In this document: positions 24,415-37,345 of the stretch, piece after piece
Layout: every line of letters begins with the position of its first letter
Numbering within the stretch: position 1 is the first letter of the stretch
Assembly (NCBI GenBank): GCA_950097015.1
Contig: CATNEN010000001.1
Location: forward strand, 16,368,001 to 16,432,000
Direction of reading: 5' to 3'
DNA from: Macrostomum hystrix
Taxonomy: Eukaryota > Animalia > Platyhelminthes
DNA: 64,000 nt
Position numbers and translations under genes: made by a program
The notes under the pieces: model-generated
Database searches by the model: none
Seen by the model: only the letters and a program-made list of their open reading frames with translations
Told to the model about the DNA's origin: nothing

Positions 24415-26022
24415 TCAGTAGCTGCTAGCTGTAGAATAACTGGACTCGTTGCTCCGTCTGCAAAATTAATTTGTTGTTCAACATATGGTGTTGAAGGGGG
24501 CTAATATTTGTGATTGCTGAATTCTATACATGTACGTCTTCATTTAGTCGTTTCGATTACTTACTGTGAGCTGCCTTCGTTCTCAATGCAAATTGTTGTC
24601 TGAAATTTAAGGTGGCGTTGCTTAACTACATGTATATAAAGATTCGGTTTTAAAAAATTAACATACCTCCCAACTTCCTCTGCGGAGGCGAATACGCCGA
24701 ACCGACAATGGCAGGTCCAGGACAACTTCGTCTGTAGCCAACTCTTGGCTTCTTGCAGAGCTTCGACGGGATAGCGGCGGACTAACCAGTGACGCTACTG
24801 GAGTGATTTGAAGCATCTCCTTCGATTGCCAATACCAGCTTTGCAGCTCTTCAGTTTCTGGTACAAAGGCCGGCTCTAGCACGCACAAAGCGTAGGATCC
24901 GATAAGCGAAAATGCGTTAAAATCGCTTGTTCTAACTCCCTTAAGAGCTAAAACTTGGCCAACAGCCCACTTCTCGACTTGAGCTGCGCTGGAGCCCCAA
25001 AAAGTGCAGTTGATGAAAGCACTGCTTTGGTCAATCAAGCCAATAGTCGACTTCATTTGCGGACCGTTTCTGGTTGGTATCGTTCTCGGCCCATCAATTG
25101 TCGTTACGACAGCGACGACGTCGACTATGGCACTGATTAAAAAGTAGAGAAGGAATGAAATTCGAAATCGAAATCAATATAAGTAGGTTGACATGTAGCT
25201 AAATGCGAGAGTGCTTTTCTGCAGTGCATTAGAGTGTAAACTTTTTGAACCACAGAGAGCAGGCTGTTTGAACAATAGAGTGCAATCTGTTTGTACCATG
25301 GATGGAGGAGTATCATGGATTGCTCATCTGCGAAATATCTGTGGCCACGACCCAGTCCCATTCTTGGGGTAGCCCCCGCTTCAATTTCATTGGCTGATTG
25401 AATGTATAAATATTCCCACTGAAATATTATCTAATTCGAAATAAATTCGAAGTAAAGCTACTTCACAAACGGCATCCTTGTAATTACCCATTTGTTCCAA
25501 GTGTAGGAAGTTCTGATATCGGCCGATATCGAGTAAAGCGAGGATTTCCGATGACATTCGCCTCAGAGCTTTGCACAGCGACGCCATCCGAACGCAGATC
25601 CACCTTGATTTCCATTTTACTGCTAGCAATAGACCAAATTACATCAGCCGTCTTAGTTTTGCCACCCAGAATTATTATGCTCCTTCCTTCCTCGCACAAA
25701 GCCCATGCATTGTTAATCGACTCCAAGGACCCGTAGAAAGTCGTACGCACATCGTCAGTTTCGTCAGCTAGGAGAATAGTAAATAGTTGACCAACCACGC
25801 CATCTCGGTTTTTGCATGGACGTCTCTGTAGTAAAATAGTGTAGTTACTTTTATTTAAAAAATAACTGTATTAAGGATAAAAATACATGTATGCACAAAG
25901 CGTGTAACTTCGGCGTTATTCAAATAGTTTGCATTTCGACTGACCTCAGCTCGATGAAGCACTTTGCCGTCAATAGCTGGTAGGTTGAAATCCAAACAGA
26001 AGGAAATTTCGTCAAGTTTCAT
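24415..26022 (-). CDS. RPA70-like two-OB protein, strongly diverged subfamily 2; exons 26022-25945, 25825-25488, 25132-24667, 24599-24565, 24457-24415
   Basis: GQLFTILLADETDDVRTTFYG, VDVVAVV, LIDQSSAFINCTFWG and VLALKGVRTSDF. The two introns seen in the other RPA copies occur at the same positions and phases. The last two small exons are less certain. Confidence 0.8.
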
Positions 26023-27126
26023 TCTTTGGTGTTTTACGATCGTGGTTTTTCCAAGGCCAATTAAGGCTTAAACCAAGAAGCCAATCCCGATTTTTGCTCA
26101 ATACAGAATTTGTGCTCTATTATACTCAAGATCCGTGCTAAAAGGGCAGCTGGAGGCTACACGCAAGTTCATAAACTTCCACCCCAATAGGACAGAACGT
26201 ACATTATTTACCTTTTGGCATTCAAAAGAGCGCGCAGTGAAATGGAGCCAACAGTATAAGAGGCTAGAGAAAGGACTCAAGCAACAACTCAATATGTTAG
26301 GAGCTAGGTTAGCTTCGTTCCCCCAAGGAGCGACTGGGGTTGGTCATTCCGAGCCAATCAACGACGAGAATTGGGTTAGGCAGGGTGCTTTGCAGGGGTT
26401 GTAATAAGTGCGTAGTTTGGAGTTATCGATTTTTCAGAACTGCGCATCACTCAGCTGGGCCTGATTTAGAACTACGAGTACAAGTACAAGTTCAGTACAT
26501 TCATCCAAAATCAGACCCTGTGCAAGAAAAGTCACACTGTACACCAACAATCATTTTCAGCCAATCAGAAGTCAATAGCTCGTAGAGCTGAGGAATATTA
26601 TTCCAATTGGAGAGAGAAAACAGAAAATTGCACTATGTATTAAATAATAAAAACTAAAATTCAAACCAATGCCACCAGTATACCATAATTGAAAAAAATC
26701 TTGCCTTGATTGAGTGTCTAAGTACATATTTTTCCTGGCAGGCTCTGCCCACTGAAAATACCAGGGGCGGAGCTAAGCTATCATGTAGTCTTGTGAATTT
26801 ACAACTCCAACTCTAACTCGCACGCTGGCGTGACATACATACCTTTACATACATTTACATTTTTACATACCTTCTGTCTCAGCCTTGGGACTGAAGGAAC
26901 AGCCAACCAATAGCGTGGCGCTGTAGGTCTATCTTTCTACCTCTCTCGTGGTTACTGGCCAATCCTCGCAAATGCTTTAAACTACAGTAAAGCGTTTACC
27001 AACCAACTACAGTCTGGCAGGCCAAGGTATTTAGCGAAGTGAAAAGCTAATTGAATCATTCGCATTATTTGAGTTTGTGCTGGGCTTACACTACATTTCT
27101 GTACCTATTTTTGGTAAATTAGCACC

Positions 27127-27938
27127 ATGAACCCCTTTTTTTCTATCCGGCATCTTTTTTTCCTCCCCCAACCCCGCCCTACTACTGTCTCCCATATGCT
27201 GCTAATCAGTCTGCATGTCAGCTTCCGTTGCCTGCTGCGTATCAGCCTCCATATCATCCAACAACTCAGCCTCCGCTGCCGACTGCTGCGTATCAGCCTC
27301 CATATCATCCAGCAACTCAGCCTCCGCTGCCGACTGCTGCGTATCAGCCTCCATTTCATCCAGCAACTCAGCCTCCGCTGCCGCCTGCTGCGTATCAGCC
27401 TCAGCCGCCCGCTACGAATCCGTCGCTAAAGGAAAGGATAGAGCGGATTAGAACTGTCCGCTCAGAAATACGCGCTCGTAAGTCTACTAAGCTTTTACTA
27501 AGTTTATATATGCACTGTGACGCTGCATTTAAGACCCTGACAGCGTATTTTGTTGTTGTTGTTGTATATATGCAGTATTACATGCACTTTATTTAATCTT
27601 CTGATATAGAAGGACCAAGTAATTTTAGTTTCCTGTAGCGTAAGCGTATTTATCCTTGTAACTATTAGAGAAATTTCACTTCATCTGTAGACTTAGAAAA
27701 TGCTTCAAATGCAAAACCGAACCACCGCTCGATCTTGCATTTGCCAAAGGCTTCGTACATCCCAACATGGCCCCAATTTTGTCTTTCAGTTGGTCTCTGT
27801 CGATTTTGTCTGCGGCGAGGTCATGTCGCCTCCGAGTGCAATGCCGCACAATTCGAAGTGAGGAGGCAAAGCCGAGGCCAACGCCGCAATCGAAGCCGAA
27901 GCAGAAGCCAAAGTCCATTCAACTTGATTGATAATTGA
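27127..27938 (+). CDS. Pro/Tyr-repeat + CCHC zinc knuckle + RS-tail protein (exons ~27127-27477, 27691-27938; frameshift in a T7 run near the start)
   Basis: 17-aa repeats PTAAYQPPYHPATQPPL. A phase-1 intron joins in frame to ...GLCRFCLRRGHVASEC...RRNRSRSRSQSP. It lies head-to-head with the RPA-like gene. The ATG at 27127 is out of frame with the repeat region by a homopolymer indel (lesion or assembly error). Confidence 0.68.
27229..27401 (+). repeat. 51-bp coding tandem repeat (~3.4 units)
   Basis: atcagcctc recurs with period 51 (27241, 27292, 27343, 27394). Confidence 0.9.
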
Positions 27939-28799
27939 AGAATAAAGTAGGACAATAAATAATTCAAGAAGAGGAAGAGCGTAATTCAAGATCGGAATGC
28001 TTTAAGCATAAATGGCTGAATTGCAAATACAAATGCGTTTTCATTTCCATTCATGATAAGATTGTATCATTTTCGTGTTATTTATTCATGCATAGAATAG
28101 CTTCTGGAAAATTGATATCTATATAACAAATAGCATAGTGTCGAAGGAAGATGGCTGTCTTGAATACGTAGAGAGGAAAGGATGATTATGATTGGATGGT
28201 TAAGTTGCCCCTCAATATATAAATTAACTGGGTTTTTCTAATTATCCCCAAAGGTTGCAGATAAACATAAATTTATCCCCCCAGAAACAAATAATTAATG
28301 CAGTGTGCGGCAATCCATAACGTATTTATAATTCCCAATTTATAGCCCAGCAAAAATTCCGTACTAAATCACCAGGTATGAAAATCAGCACAGTTAACAA
28401 TTATCCTCGGCTTCAACAAGTTTCCACATTTCCTAGTTTCCGCAGTAAACAATTATCCCCTGTTAACAATAATTTGCAGTTAGCAACACCTTCCTTTAAA
28501 GTTTAAACTAAAACAGCTTTCTTAGCAAAGCTGTGGACTCAGAAAATGCTTCAGAAAAATATGCTTCAGATAATATATATATTTTAGTTCGTAGTTTCCG
28601 AAAATCAAAAAGTACGAGCTAGATCCACAGATTTCCATAGATTAAGTGGCTCGTAATATGGATAAATCCCTTGATATGTCAATTTGCCCATGAGAAGAAA
28701 AAGGTCTTGCGATACGCTCGTATTTTACAGATGTACAGTAAATTCAAACAATGAAAAACATTCACCATACAGCCAGCCCTGATCTTTGACAGCCAGTCA

Positions 28800-29380
28800 A
28801 AATAGCAAAGCATACCTGCAACTTTCGCCCCAGACAGCAAAGCAAAGTAAGTCTGCAGTTTCCCCTTAGACAGCGAAGCAGGTCTGCAGTTTGCCCTAGA
28901 CAATGCATATTTGCAGTCCCCCCATACGAAGCAGGTCTGCAGTTTCATCAGTTTCCCCAGTTTGAAAATATTCTTTCCAGCCTGCAAATAATCTCCACAG
29001 ATTGCAGACAGGCTGTGGGATTTTTTAAGTGTGTAGAAAATCTCATCTATGAATTTAAAGCTAATCACCCCATCCCCGTTCGCAGATAATCTCCCAATCT
29101 GCAGATAATCTCAGTTTGTATGTAATCTCCCCAGTTTGCATATAACATCCCAGTCTGCAGATAATCTTCCAGTTTGCTGATAAATGTCCCCAGTTATCAG
29201 ATCTAACTCATATTTAGCAATTGGCAGATTTGCACTTCCGCTAGACAATAAAGCGAGTCTGAAGTTCCCCTGCTCTTGACAGCAAAGCAGATCTGCAGTT
29301 TCCCTATGGACAATAAAGCAGGTATTCTGTTTCCTCCCCCAGAAACTAATGCGGATTTGCAGTTGCCCATACACATGGAA
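28800..29380. repeat. Degenerate short repeats (gcaggtctgcagtttcccc / atctccccagtttgcagata)
   Basis: Recurrent ctgcag(a/t)tt(t/g)ccc and ataatctccc motifs. Probably an old eroded minisatellite. Confidence 0.55.
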
Positions 29381-32300
29381 CTGCGAATCCCTCCGGGTCG
29401 CAAGCACAAATAACCACTTTATTTAATATTAATTATCATTATGGTTACAATCTATCAATCTATCAATATACATATACATGACCATAACAATTAGAAACAA
29501 TAAAAGTTAGGCCCTGCAAAAATACAATTGCGAAAGCTAGGCCTTTTGACATTGATAGCTTTCACCAACTTTTATTCAATTCCCTCTCGTCGTGACTCAG
29601 AAGCAGACAATCGCAGTGTTGCTTTAGATGATTTTCTAATTAAATGTAGTTTAACTAATGGGGCTATGATGCAAAACGATTCGTTTTACCAAATTCGCTA
29701 CAAATTTTTTAATCAGAAGAGTCAAGTCCTTTTAGGTTCGTAGATTTTTATTGTCTGCTTCCTTTTTGCCCTGGCTTCTGTCATCAGGGGTTTTTGTTAA
29801 CCGAGAGGGAGGCCCTTCCCTGATGCAGCAGCAAGCAAATCATAAATCAGGAGCTTGTTGGATAGTTCACTAACGTCTCGAATTCTTGAAATTATTTTCA
29901 AACATTTTAAACTGTCTTCTAATAGTTATTAGGGAAGTAAAGATGATGCTTGCTGCTGAAAGCTCAAGGCTAAGTCACCAACTTCACAGAAATGTGCAAA
30001 ATAGCACATTAAAATAGTAGATAAAAATTAACATGAAGAATTCTTTCCGAACGTATTAATTAAAGTATTAATATTTTAGAATGGGCCATAAAGTACATAA
30101 ACATACTTCCAACTTGCAAGATAAAATGTGTGTAAAACCAAAAGCAAATACATGTGAAAATTACACTCATTCATAATCTGAGTTCGTGGATGACAGATGA
30201 GTGTAAAAACGTGTCATATCTTGTCATATCATGTCAAAGAAGAAATCAATCGATTTTTTAAGGCAGACGAAATCATGACTCGACGCGTCATTTTCTAATT
30301 CTTTTAGAAACTTGCACAACTTGCGCCGGCAGACTTGGGCTTAGTGATAAATAAAGGCGGGAGCAATGGGCGAGTGCTTAGATGTGCGAGTATTAAAGCT
30401 GCAACTCGGTTTTCATGTCTGCCCCCGGTATCGGGTGAGAGTTTGAGTCACTTGCAAGGGAGATCCGAGAGAAGATGCTTACTCGCGCAAAAGGTGGCGA
30501 CTTTTCAATATTGCTGAGTATAAGTGCAAAAGCGAAAACACATCATTACTGTCATTCATGATCAGAGTTCGTTCGAAAATGACAGAAGTGTAAAAAGAAT
30601 GAGATAATCGTTAAATATGATCAAATGGATCTATTCTCAGGTGTCAGTCTTTCTGCTTGCTGGCTTCAACTCCGCATAGGAGACATGCAATGGGGCTAAT
30701 CAGAATACTCAGCTGGGGATCAGCTGTTCAGTCAAGAGTTAAGCATCACAAGGAGCCTACAGGTCTGCTAAGGCTACTTTAGACCATGGCTGCATAGTCT
30801 CTCCAGTTTAAGCAGAAGAAAGTATGGATCATGAAAGTAGCGAACATGTACTTTTCAACTGCTTCTCAGGGCCAACACTATGCAGTGCTCAATTGAAGTT
30901 CGATAATCTCACGAATGTCCAGTGAACAATCTTCTAGTCTTCAGTGAGCACCTCTGGGTACACCACGTTCCTGGTCTTGGTTCCGGAAACCCGGACGCGG
31001 ACATTGGCCGCGTTCTTCGCTCGTGACAGCGCCGTGTACAGCTGGCCATGCGTGAAGCAGCCGACAGCCAGGTCAACTCCAACGGTCTCCAGGGATTGTC
31101 CTTGTGCTTTGTGTATTGTAAGGCAGAAGCTCGGCTTCACCGGAAACTGCAGCCGCTTGAAATTCACTGGTAGATCCGCATTGTTTGGAATCAGCGGAAT
31201 TCGCGGCGGCAGGATCTCGTCTCCAGTGAACTGGCCGGCGGCAATCTTGCAGCGCAGCACATTATCGCCCATCGTGAGTACGATGAGCCGTGTACCGTTG
31301 CACAGCCGCGGCGGGTTGATATTCCGAAGAAGCACCAGCGGCATGCCCACCTTGATCCTGAGCAGATAAGTTGGAAAATTCGGGGCATCCAGCTGGTTTA
31401 GCAACTCCGTCGGGAAATGCTTAGCGGCCTCCTCATCAGCCAGGCTGTCTACAGAGCGATACTCTCGCAGGCAACCCGGTAAAATGCCCAGACACGTCTC
31501 GTTGATGGCATCGTTGTTGCAAAGTCGTTGTACGGCGCCAGTATCGCTCGACTTGCAAAATAGTCGTCCCGCTCCGCTGATTCTTCAAACGATGGGTACA
31601 CGAACTTGATCAGGTCATTCAGCGGAGCCTCTGCAGAAATCACCATCTCAGCGGGAAGGGACACCTTCTCCTCAGCATCCTGCTCGATTGTCCCGGTTCC
31701 GATCTGTGAAAAGAAACGCAATTAAAACATGGAACATGATATTCGCAATGATTCGCAAGAAAAAATGATAAAGTGTTAACCCATTCTCACCTGCATGAGT
31801 AGCTCCGTGAACTTCTGGTACACAGCGCAGACATCCTTGTTGGATCGGAGCAGCCGGACTGGGATCTTGAACCTAGAGTGAAGTTGTCATAGGTAGAATC
31901 GATTAGAAACGCGACTCCATAAAATTCAGAATCATTCCCCTAATCTAAAAAACTTACGTGGAATGCGCCGTCTGTCCACCTGGCAGCAGAGTCGCTGCGA
32001 TTCCAGATGCCGCAACGGCCAGGGCAACTTCACCGCGGCTGCGCACGAAGGCCAGCAAAACCTCCAGAAGGAAAGTCTTGCCAGTGCCAGCGGGCGCGTC
32101 CAAGAAGTGCAAGCCGCCAGAGCCGGCCACAAGATCCGCAGTCACCGACTCGTACACCGCAATCTGCTCCTCTGTCAGCATTGACAGTCTCGCTTCCCTG
32201 ATCTCGGCCTGTTCAACCTGGTCGAACTGCATCGGTCCGACTTGAGGCGGCACGGAGGCCGCAGGCAGGCCGTACTCGGGCAGGCTGTGACCGCCCATGG

Positions 32301-33988
32301 AGGTCAGCATGCTCTGCAGCTCGCGCAGCGCTAGGTCGGTGATTTCCTCAGCGCTCAGATCTCGGTGGTGAAACCGCAGGTCCTCGCACAGATCCTCGGC
32401 GAAAGTGCACCACAGCTCGCTGCCATCCTGAGGGTTGCCCCAAATGAGAATGACAGCCAACAGGTGCCTGAGAGCTCTCGGCATTCGCGACTGGTCTACC
32501 TCGGCTAGGCAGCGCCGCCAGTGGTCGTCTCGTTGCAGCAGACCCAGAGCCGTGCAAGCAGCCTTGGCGCTGGGATACAGCACTCCGTCCAGTGTGCAGC
32601 GCCTCGAAGCTGGTTGGCCCTCTAACCTGCAGGAGGAGCATTCGCATGTAAAACAGATCCCCTGCTCTCGGACTCACCGTGTACATTCGGGCAATGTTCG
32701 TGTTGTGCACAACACCAGGGTGGCCTTCAACTCTCGAACCCTGCTTGGCGCGGCGCCACTCCCTCTCGCTGTGGTGCCACACGAAGTAGGACGGCACCTC
32801 GGTGTACACCAGGCTTCTAGCGAATTCATCAGTGCGGCACAGCTTGGAGAAGGCCGTCAGCGTCGAATCTCTGGGTGACCTGGCCTTTGTGCTCGCATTT
32901 TGCTCGTTGAAATACACGAGCTGCTCGTTAGACTTGTGCACGCACAATCGGATCACAGCCGGAAATCTGTTGTGCACCTGATATGTTTTAGTTGAAAAAC
33001 CAAATCATTATTTTCCCATTTTTTGCTCCTAGCAATGCCTTTAAAACATCGATTACTTACTTCAAAGCCCAAGATGGTATTCACGGCTTCCATTGGGCCT
33101 ATGTAGCGCGCCAGCAGATACTCCTTGATCTCATTTCGCCCCTCCTTCTTGGCTTGAGTCGGAGCCTTGCTAGCTGAACCTTCCTGTCGTTCGCCGTCCG
33201 CAGCCTGCTCTCCTGGCCCGCTCGGCTTGTTTGCCTCGAACTTGAACGACGCCATTTCGCCGCCTTTTAGCAAGTACTTGATCACGTACTTGACCGACTT
33301 GACGGTGGCACAAACTTCAAAGTTCATGTGGCATTCGAAAAGGAGCAACAGGCCCGGGTTGTATGGTACAACCCACCTGTATTTGTGCCAGGAAAAGCAT
33401 TGCTAATTAATGATTTATGTATTCTAGCAATGGTAAATTAACCTACAGTAAATAAACAATTTAGCAATATAAATAAACTGAACACAAGGCTAAACTAAGT
33501 ACTTTGCTTTCGTATTAAAGAATCAACCTTTCAATCAAGTCTGAAAAAACACCAACACCTCCTCACTCACCTGTTGTCCATGCGAATGCTGCGGCCTTTA
33601 AATAGTTTGTCCACCGTAAAGCCGCCCATCTCAAGGGACAGCCTGCGATACAATGGGTAACCAGTATCGCTGGTTAGAGTCGCCTGTTGGAACTCCTTCG
33701 GGAAGCCCTTGCTGCACTGGCCGTCCACCATGCACGGGCAGGCTGGATTTACCACACCGCAGGGGCCATGGATCATGTGAGTCTTCACCAGCTCGTGCAG
33801 CCTCGGCTGCTGCTGTGGGTCCGGGATCTCAGCGGACACGATTTTGTCGTAGCGGTCCGGAGTCACTCTCTGTCCACTGACCAGCCAGAGCAGAAAGTGC
33901 ACATGGGGGAGACCTGTGGAAGAGATTAAAAAGTGATTCAAAGCAACGTATGAGTGATCCCAATTTAGTCTTGTATTAATAAAATTCT

Positions 33989-34433
33989 AAACCAGAGTTT
34001 GAATCATGGCTAAACCAGCGTTTGAATCATGGCTAAACCAGCGTTTGAATCATGGCTAAACCAGATCTTGAATCATGGCTAAACAAGAGTTTGAATCATG
34101 GCAAAACCAGAGTTTGAATCATGGCTAACCCAGCGTTTGAATCATTGCTAAACCAGCGTTTGAATCATGGCTAAACCAGAGTTTAAATCATGGCAAAAAC
34201 AGCGTCTGAATCATGGCTAAACCAGAGTTTAAATAATGACAAAACCAGAATTTGAATCATAGCTAAACCAGAGTCTGAATCATGGCAAAAACAGCGTCTG
34301 AATCATGGCTAAACCAGAGTTTGAATCATGGCATAACCAGAGTTTGAATCATAGCTAACCAGAGTTTGAATCATGGCTAAACCAGAGTTTGAATCATGGT
34401 TAAACAAGCGTTTGAATCATGGCTAAACCAGAG
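33989..34433. repeat. 23-bp minisatellite type A inside a RepHel intron (opposite orientation to the other arrays)
   Basis: (aaaccagagtttgaatcatggct)n, about 19 units, within the intron that splits EYQKR|GLPHVH. Confidence 0.92.
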
Positions 34434-36964
34434 CTCAATTCCGGTCTGCAATGACCCGTTGCATAAAAATATGGATAGCTAAACCTGGAATGTATAGCAA
34501 TGCAATCCTTGAACTCAAAAGTCTGTAATTACAGAATGAAAATTGAAAGCGCAAATTGCTCACTTACCGCGCTTCTGATATTCCAGACAGCAAACATGCG
34601 CGGCCTCCTTTCCAAAGCGCTTCCTCAGCTCGGCAAGCAGAGCCTTCTTCTTCAGCTCGAAAACGCGCGTGACAATATCCGGCCGGTCCTCAGGTCGCTG
34701 TCCAGGCAGCAGCTGTGCGCTGATTTCCGGCCACTTAGGGTTGCACGTCGCCGTGACAAACAGGTCCGGCTTGCCTAACTTTTGTACGTAGGTCATGGCG
34801 TCTTGCAGCCTCTCCATAAGGTACCTTGGCCCGCCAACGAAGCTGGAGGACAGGAACACGGGCGCAGGCTTGCCAATATCTGCCGGATTTGTGTCGGTCG
34901 ACCTGCCATCAGCAGCGAATAGAGCGTCTCGTAGACCGCTGTACGTCTCACTGCGCAGGTCGCTCTGATGGGTCCGCAGATAGAGCAGCCTCTCTGACTA
35001 AATCTTGGCGCACATGTCCACCAGGTACTGTTGGAACAGCCTCCGTCCGTAGTGTAGCAAGCTGCTCTGGCCAGCTCGCACCATGATTTCGCTGGCATAG
35101 TACTTCATCGGCGTCAGCTTGCGGCAATTGCTCATGCGCAGCTCCGGGTGCCAGCCGTCCTCGCCATGGGGGAACAGCAACACGTACTCCAGTGCATCAT
35201 ACGATCGGTGCGTTTTGCTAATCCTCTTGTAGCCGCCACCCCGCAGTTGAATGACAACATCTCGGCTAGTTGCTGGCTCGGCTGAGACTGAGGCAGAGTG
35301 GGCTGCCCGACTGGAAGAACAGCGGCAGCGGGACGCTCAGCGCAGAGAGGCTGAGACTGAGGCAGAGTGAGCTGAGCTGAACCAACAATGAGGATGCCGA
35401 CCTCGTTTGCCGTGGGCAAATTGTAGCCCCTGATTTTTAACGGTAGTAACAAATACTTTTAACAAAACTCTTTAGAACGGAAAAAAGTCTGTGTACGTGT
35501 ACATGTACAATTTTTTAAAGACAGGTTTTAAAATGCATTTAAATCCCTTTTCATTTATTGTTAGCTCACCTAATGTGTTCCCCAGAAGGCCTCCGGTCCG
35601 GGTGAATCACGATTCGCGCATCCACAAGCTCCGGATCCTCCATGATCCGCTGTGCTGCAGCCTTCAGGCTCCGAACGTAAAGGTTGCACTCATGAAGCAA
35701 CGTCTGTAGCAGCTCCTGTAGCTCTGGCTTCACCCTATCGCTCAGACTGCTGGCTTTCGAGTTCGCGGTCAGTAAAGTACACCTGCCAGCCGCGAGGAAC
35801 AGCAGACGCTTCAGCAAACAGCGGCATAGCAGTGTGGTGCAGCTGACCGCTGATGATGTAGCTGGGATTCCAGCCTGGCACCAACCGCGGCTTGGCACTC
35901 AGCGAGGTCAGGTGCAGCACGGAGTTGTAGCTCCGGATGTTGGTCAGGAACTCTGAGCTCATGCCGTGCCGGCCCATGTACAGGTCAGCCAGCAGCTGTG
36001 GCACAGTCCGGGTGGGCAGCTTCACCTTGCCGCCAGCACAGCAGAAATTGCCCGTCTCCATGCGGAACAGCTTGGCACCGCAATGGTTGCATGCCCAGTC
36101 CATTGGCCCGCAGTCATGGGCTGGGGCTTCTGGCCTCGCCATCGTCTCAGGCCTGATAAAAATGGAATGTATCTCTTAGTAACTGTTAATCTTGTGTCAT
36201 TTTACCTTGCAGTAGCGGGTCCGTCTTCAGCGCGGCCCGCAGTCTCATGTTCTGCCGGCATCGCTCTGGGGCCCTTGGCTTTCTTGGCCCTCTTGGCAGG
36301 AGTTCTGCTTGCTGTCAGTCTTGGGAACTCGGCATCTGTAAAGGCTTGCAAAGGCTCTCGAAGTCTCAGTGACTCGTAATGTTCATGGCGCAAGAGCACA
36401 CGCACAATGGCATTAGGAGGGCGCAAATTAGCCCTAAAATACTGCATCACATTACCATTGGCCTGGTAAATGACCAGATCCACATTAAAGCAGCGGCTCA
36501 ACAAAGAGGCAACTTCATCTGAAACATAAGTTCCGGTTTGAAAAGAGCAATTCACAATGTCATCAGCACTCTCAGGTGCAATGAGGCCATCTGCAACCAA
36601 CTGTGGCATGAGTTCTGCAACACGGCAAGACAAATCCTGCCGCAAGGAGGCTGCGTCAGTTTCCAGCGGGGTTCCACGCAGCTGATCACACACGGCATAA
36701 AAGAAGCAATTGCCATCTCCCACAATGGGCATTACCTGCAACTGATCAAAGGGTACAATAGCTTCCGTACCTTGCTGCTGGGTGTCCGACCTAAGGGGCA
36801 ATGAGTGAACGTAAGCACAGCTCCCTTAATTGGCTTTTCAAGACAATTTTAAAAAATTATCCCATTCAAGGCAATTCAGATAAAAAAACAAAAATAAAGA
36901 CTTGTTTTAAAACTTTGCTATAAAACTCACCTAGAAACCACGGCTCCAGGGCGACGAATCCGAT

Positions 36965-37345
36965 CGGCTTCCGGTCGGGCAGCTCGCTCTGCCTCAGTCT
37001 CAGCCTCTCTGCGCTGAGCGTTCCGCTGCCGCTGTTCTTCCAGTCGGGCAGCCCACTCTGCCTCAGTCTCAGCCTCTGCGCTGAGCGTCCCGCTGCCGCT
37101 GTTCTTCCAGACGGGCAGCTCACTCTGCCTCAGTCTCAGCCTCTCTGCGCTGAGCGTCCCGCTGCCGCTGTTCTTCCAGTCGGGCAGCCCACTCTGCCTC
37201 AGTCTCAGCCTCTCTGCGCTGAGCATTCCGCTGCCGCTGTTCTTCCAGTCGGGCAGCCCACTCTGCCTCAGTCTCAGCCTCTCTGCGCTGAGCATTCCGC
37301 TGCCGCTGTTCTTCCAGTCGGGCATCCCGCTCTGCCTCGGATTCT
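36965..37345 (-). repeat. 69-bp coding repeat (STPR-like 23-aa units)
   Basis: ETEAE(R/W)AARLEEQRQR(D/N)AQRREA x5-6. About 4 units at 14.95-15.19 kb and about 2 at 46.0-46.14 kb. Confidence 0.88.
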
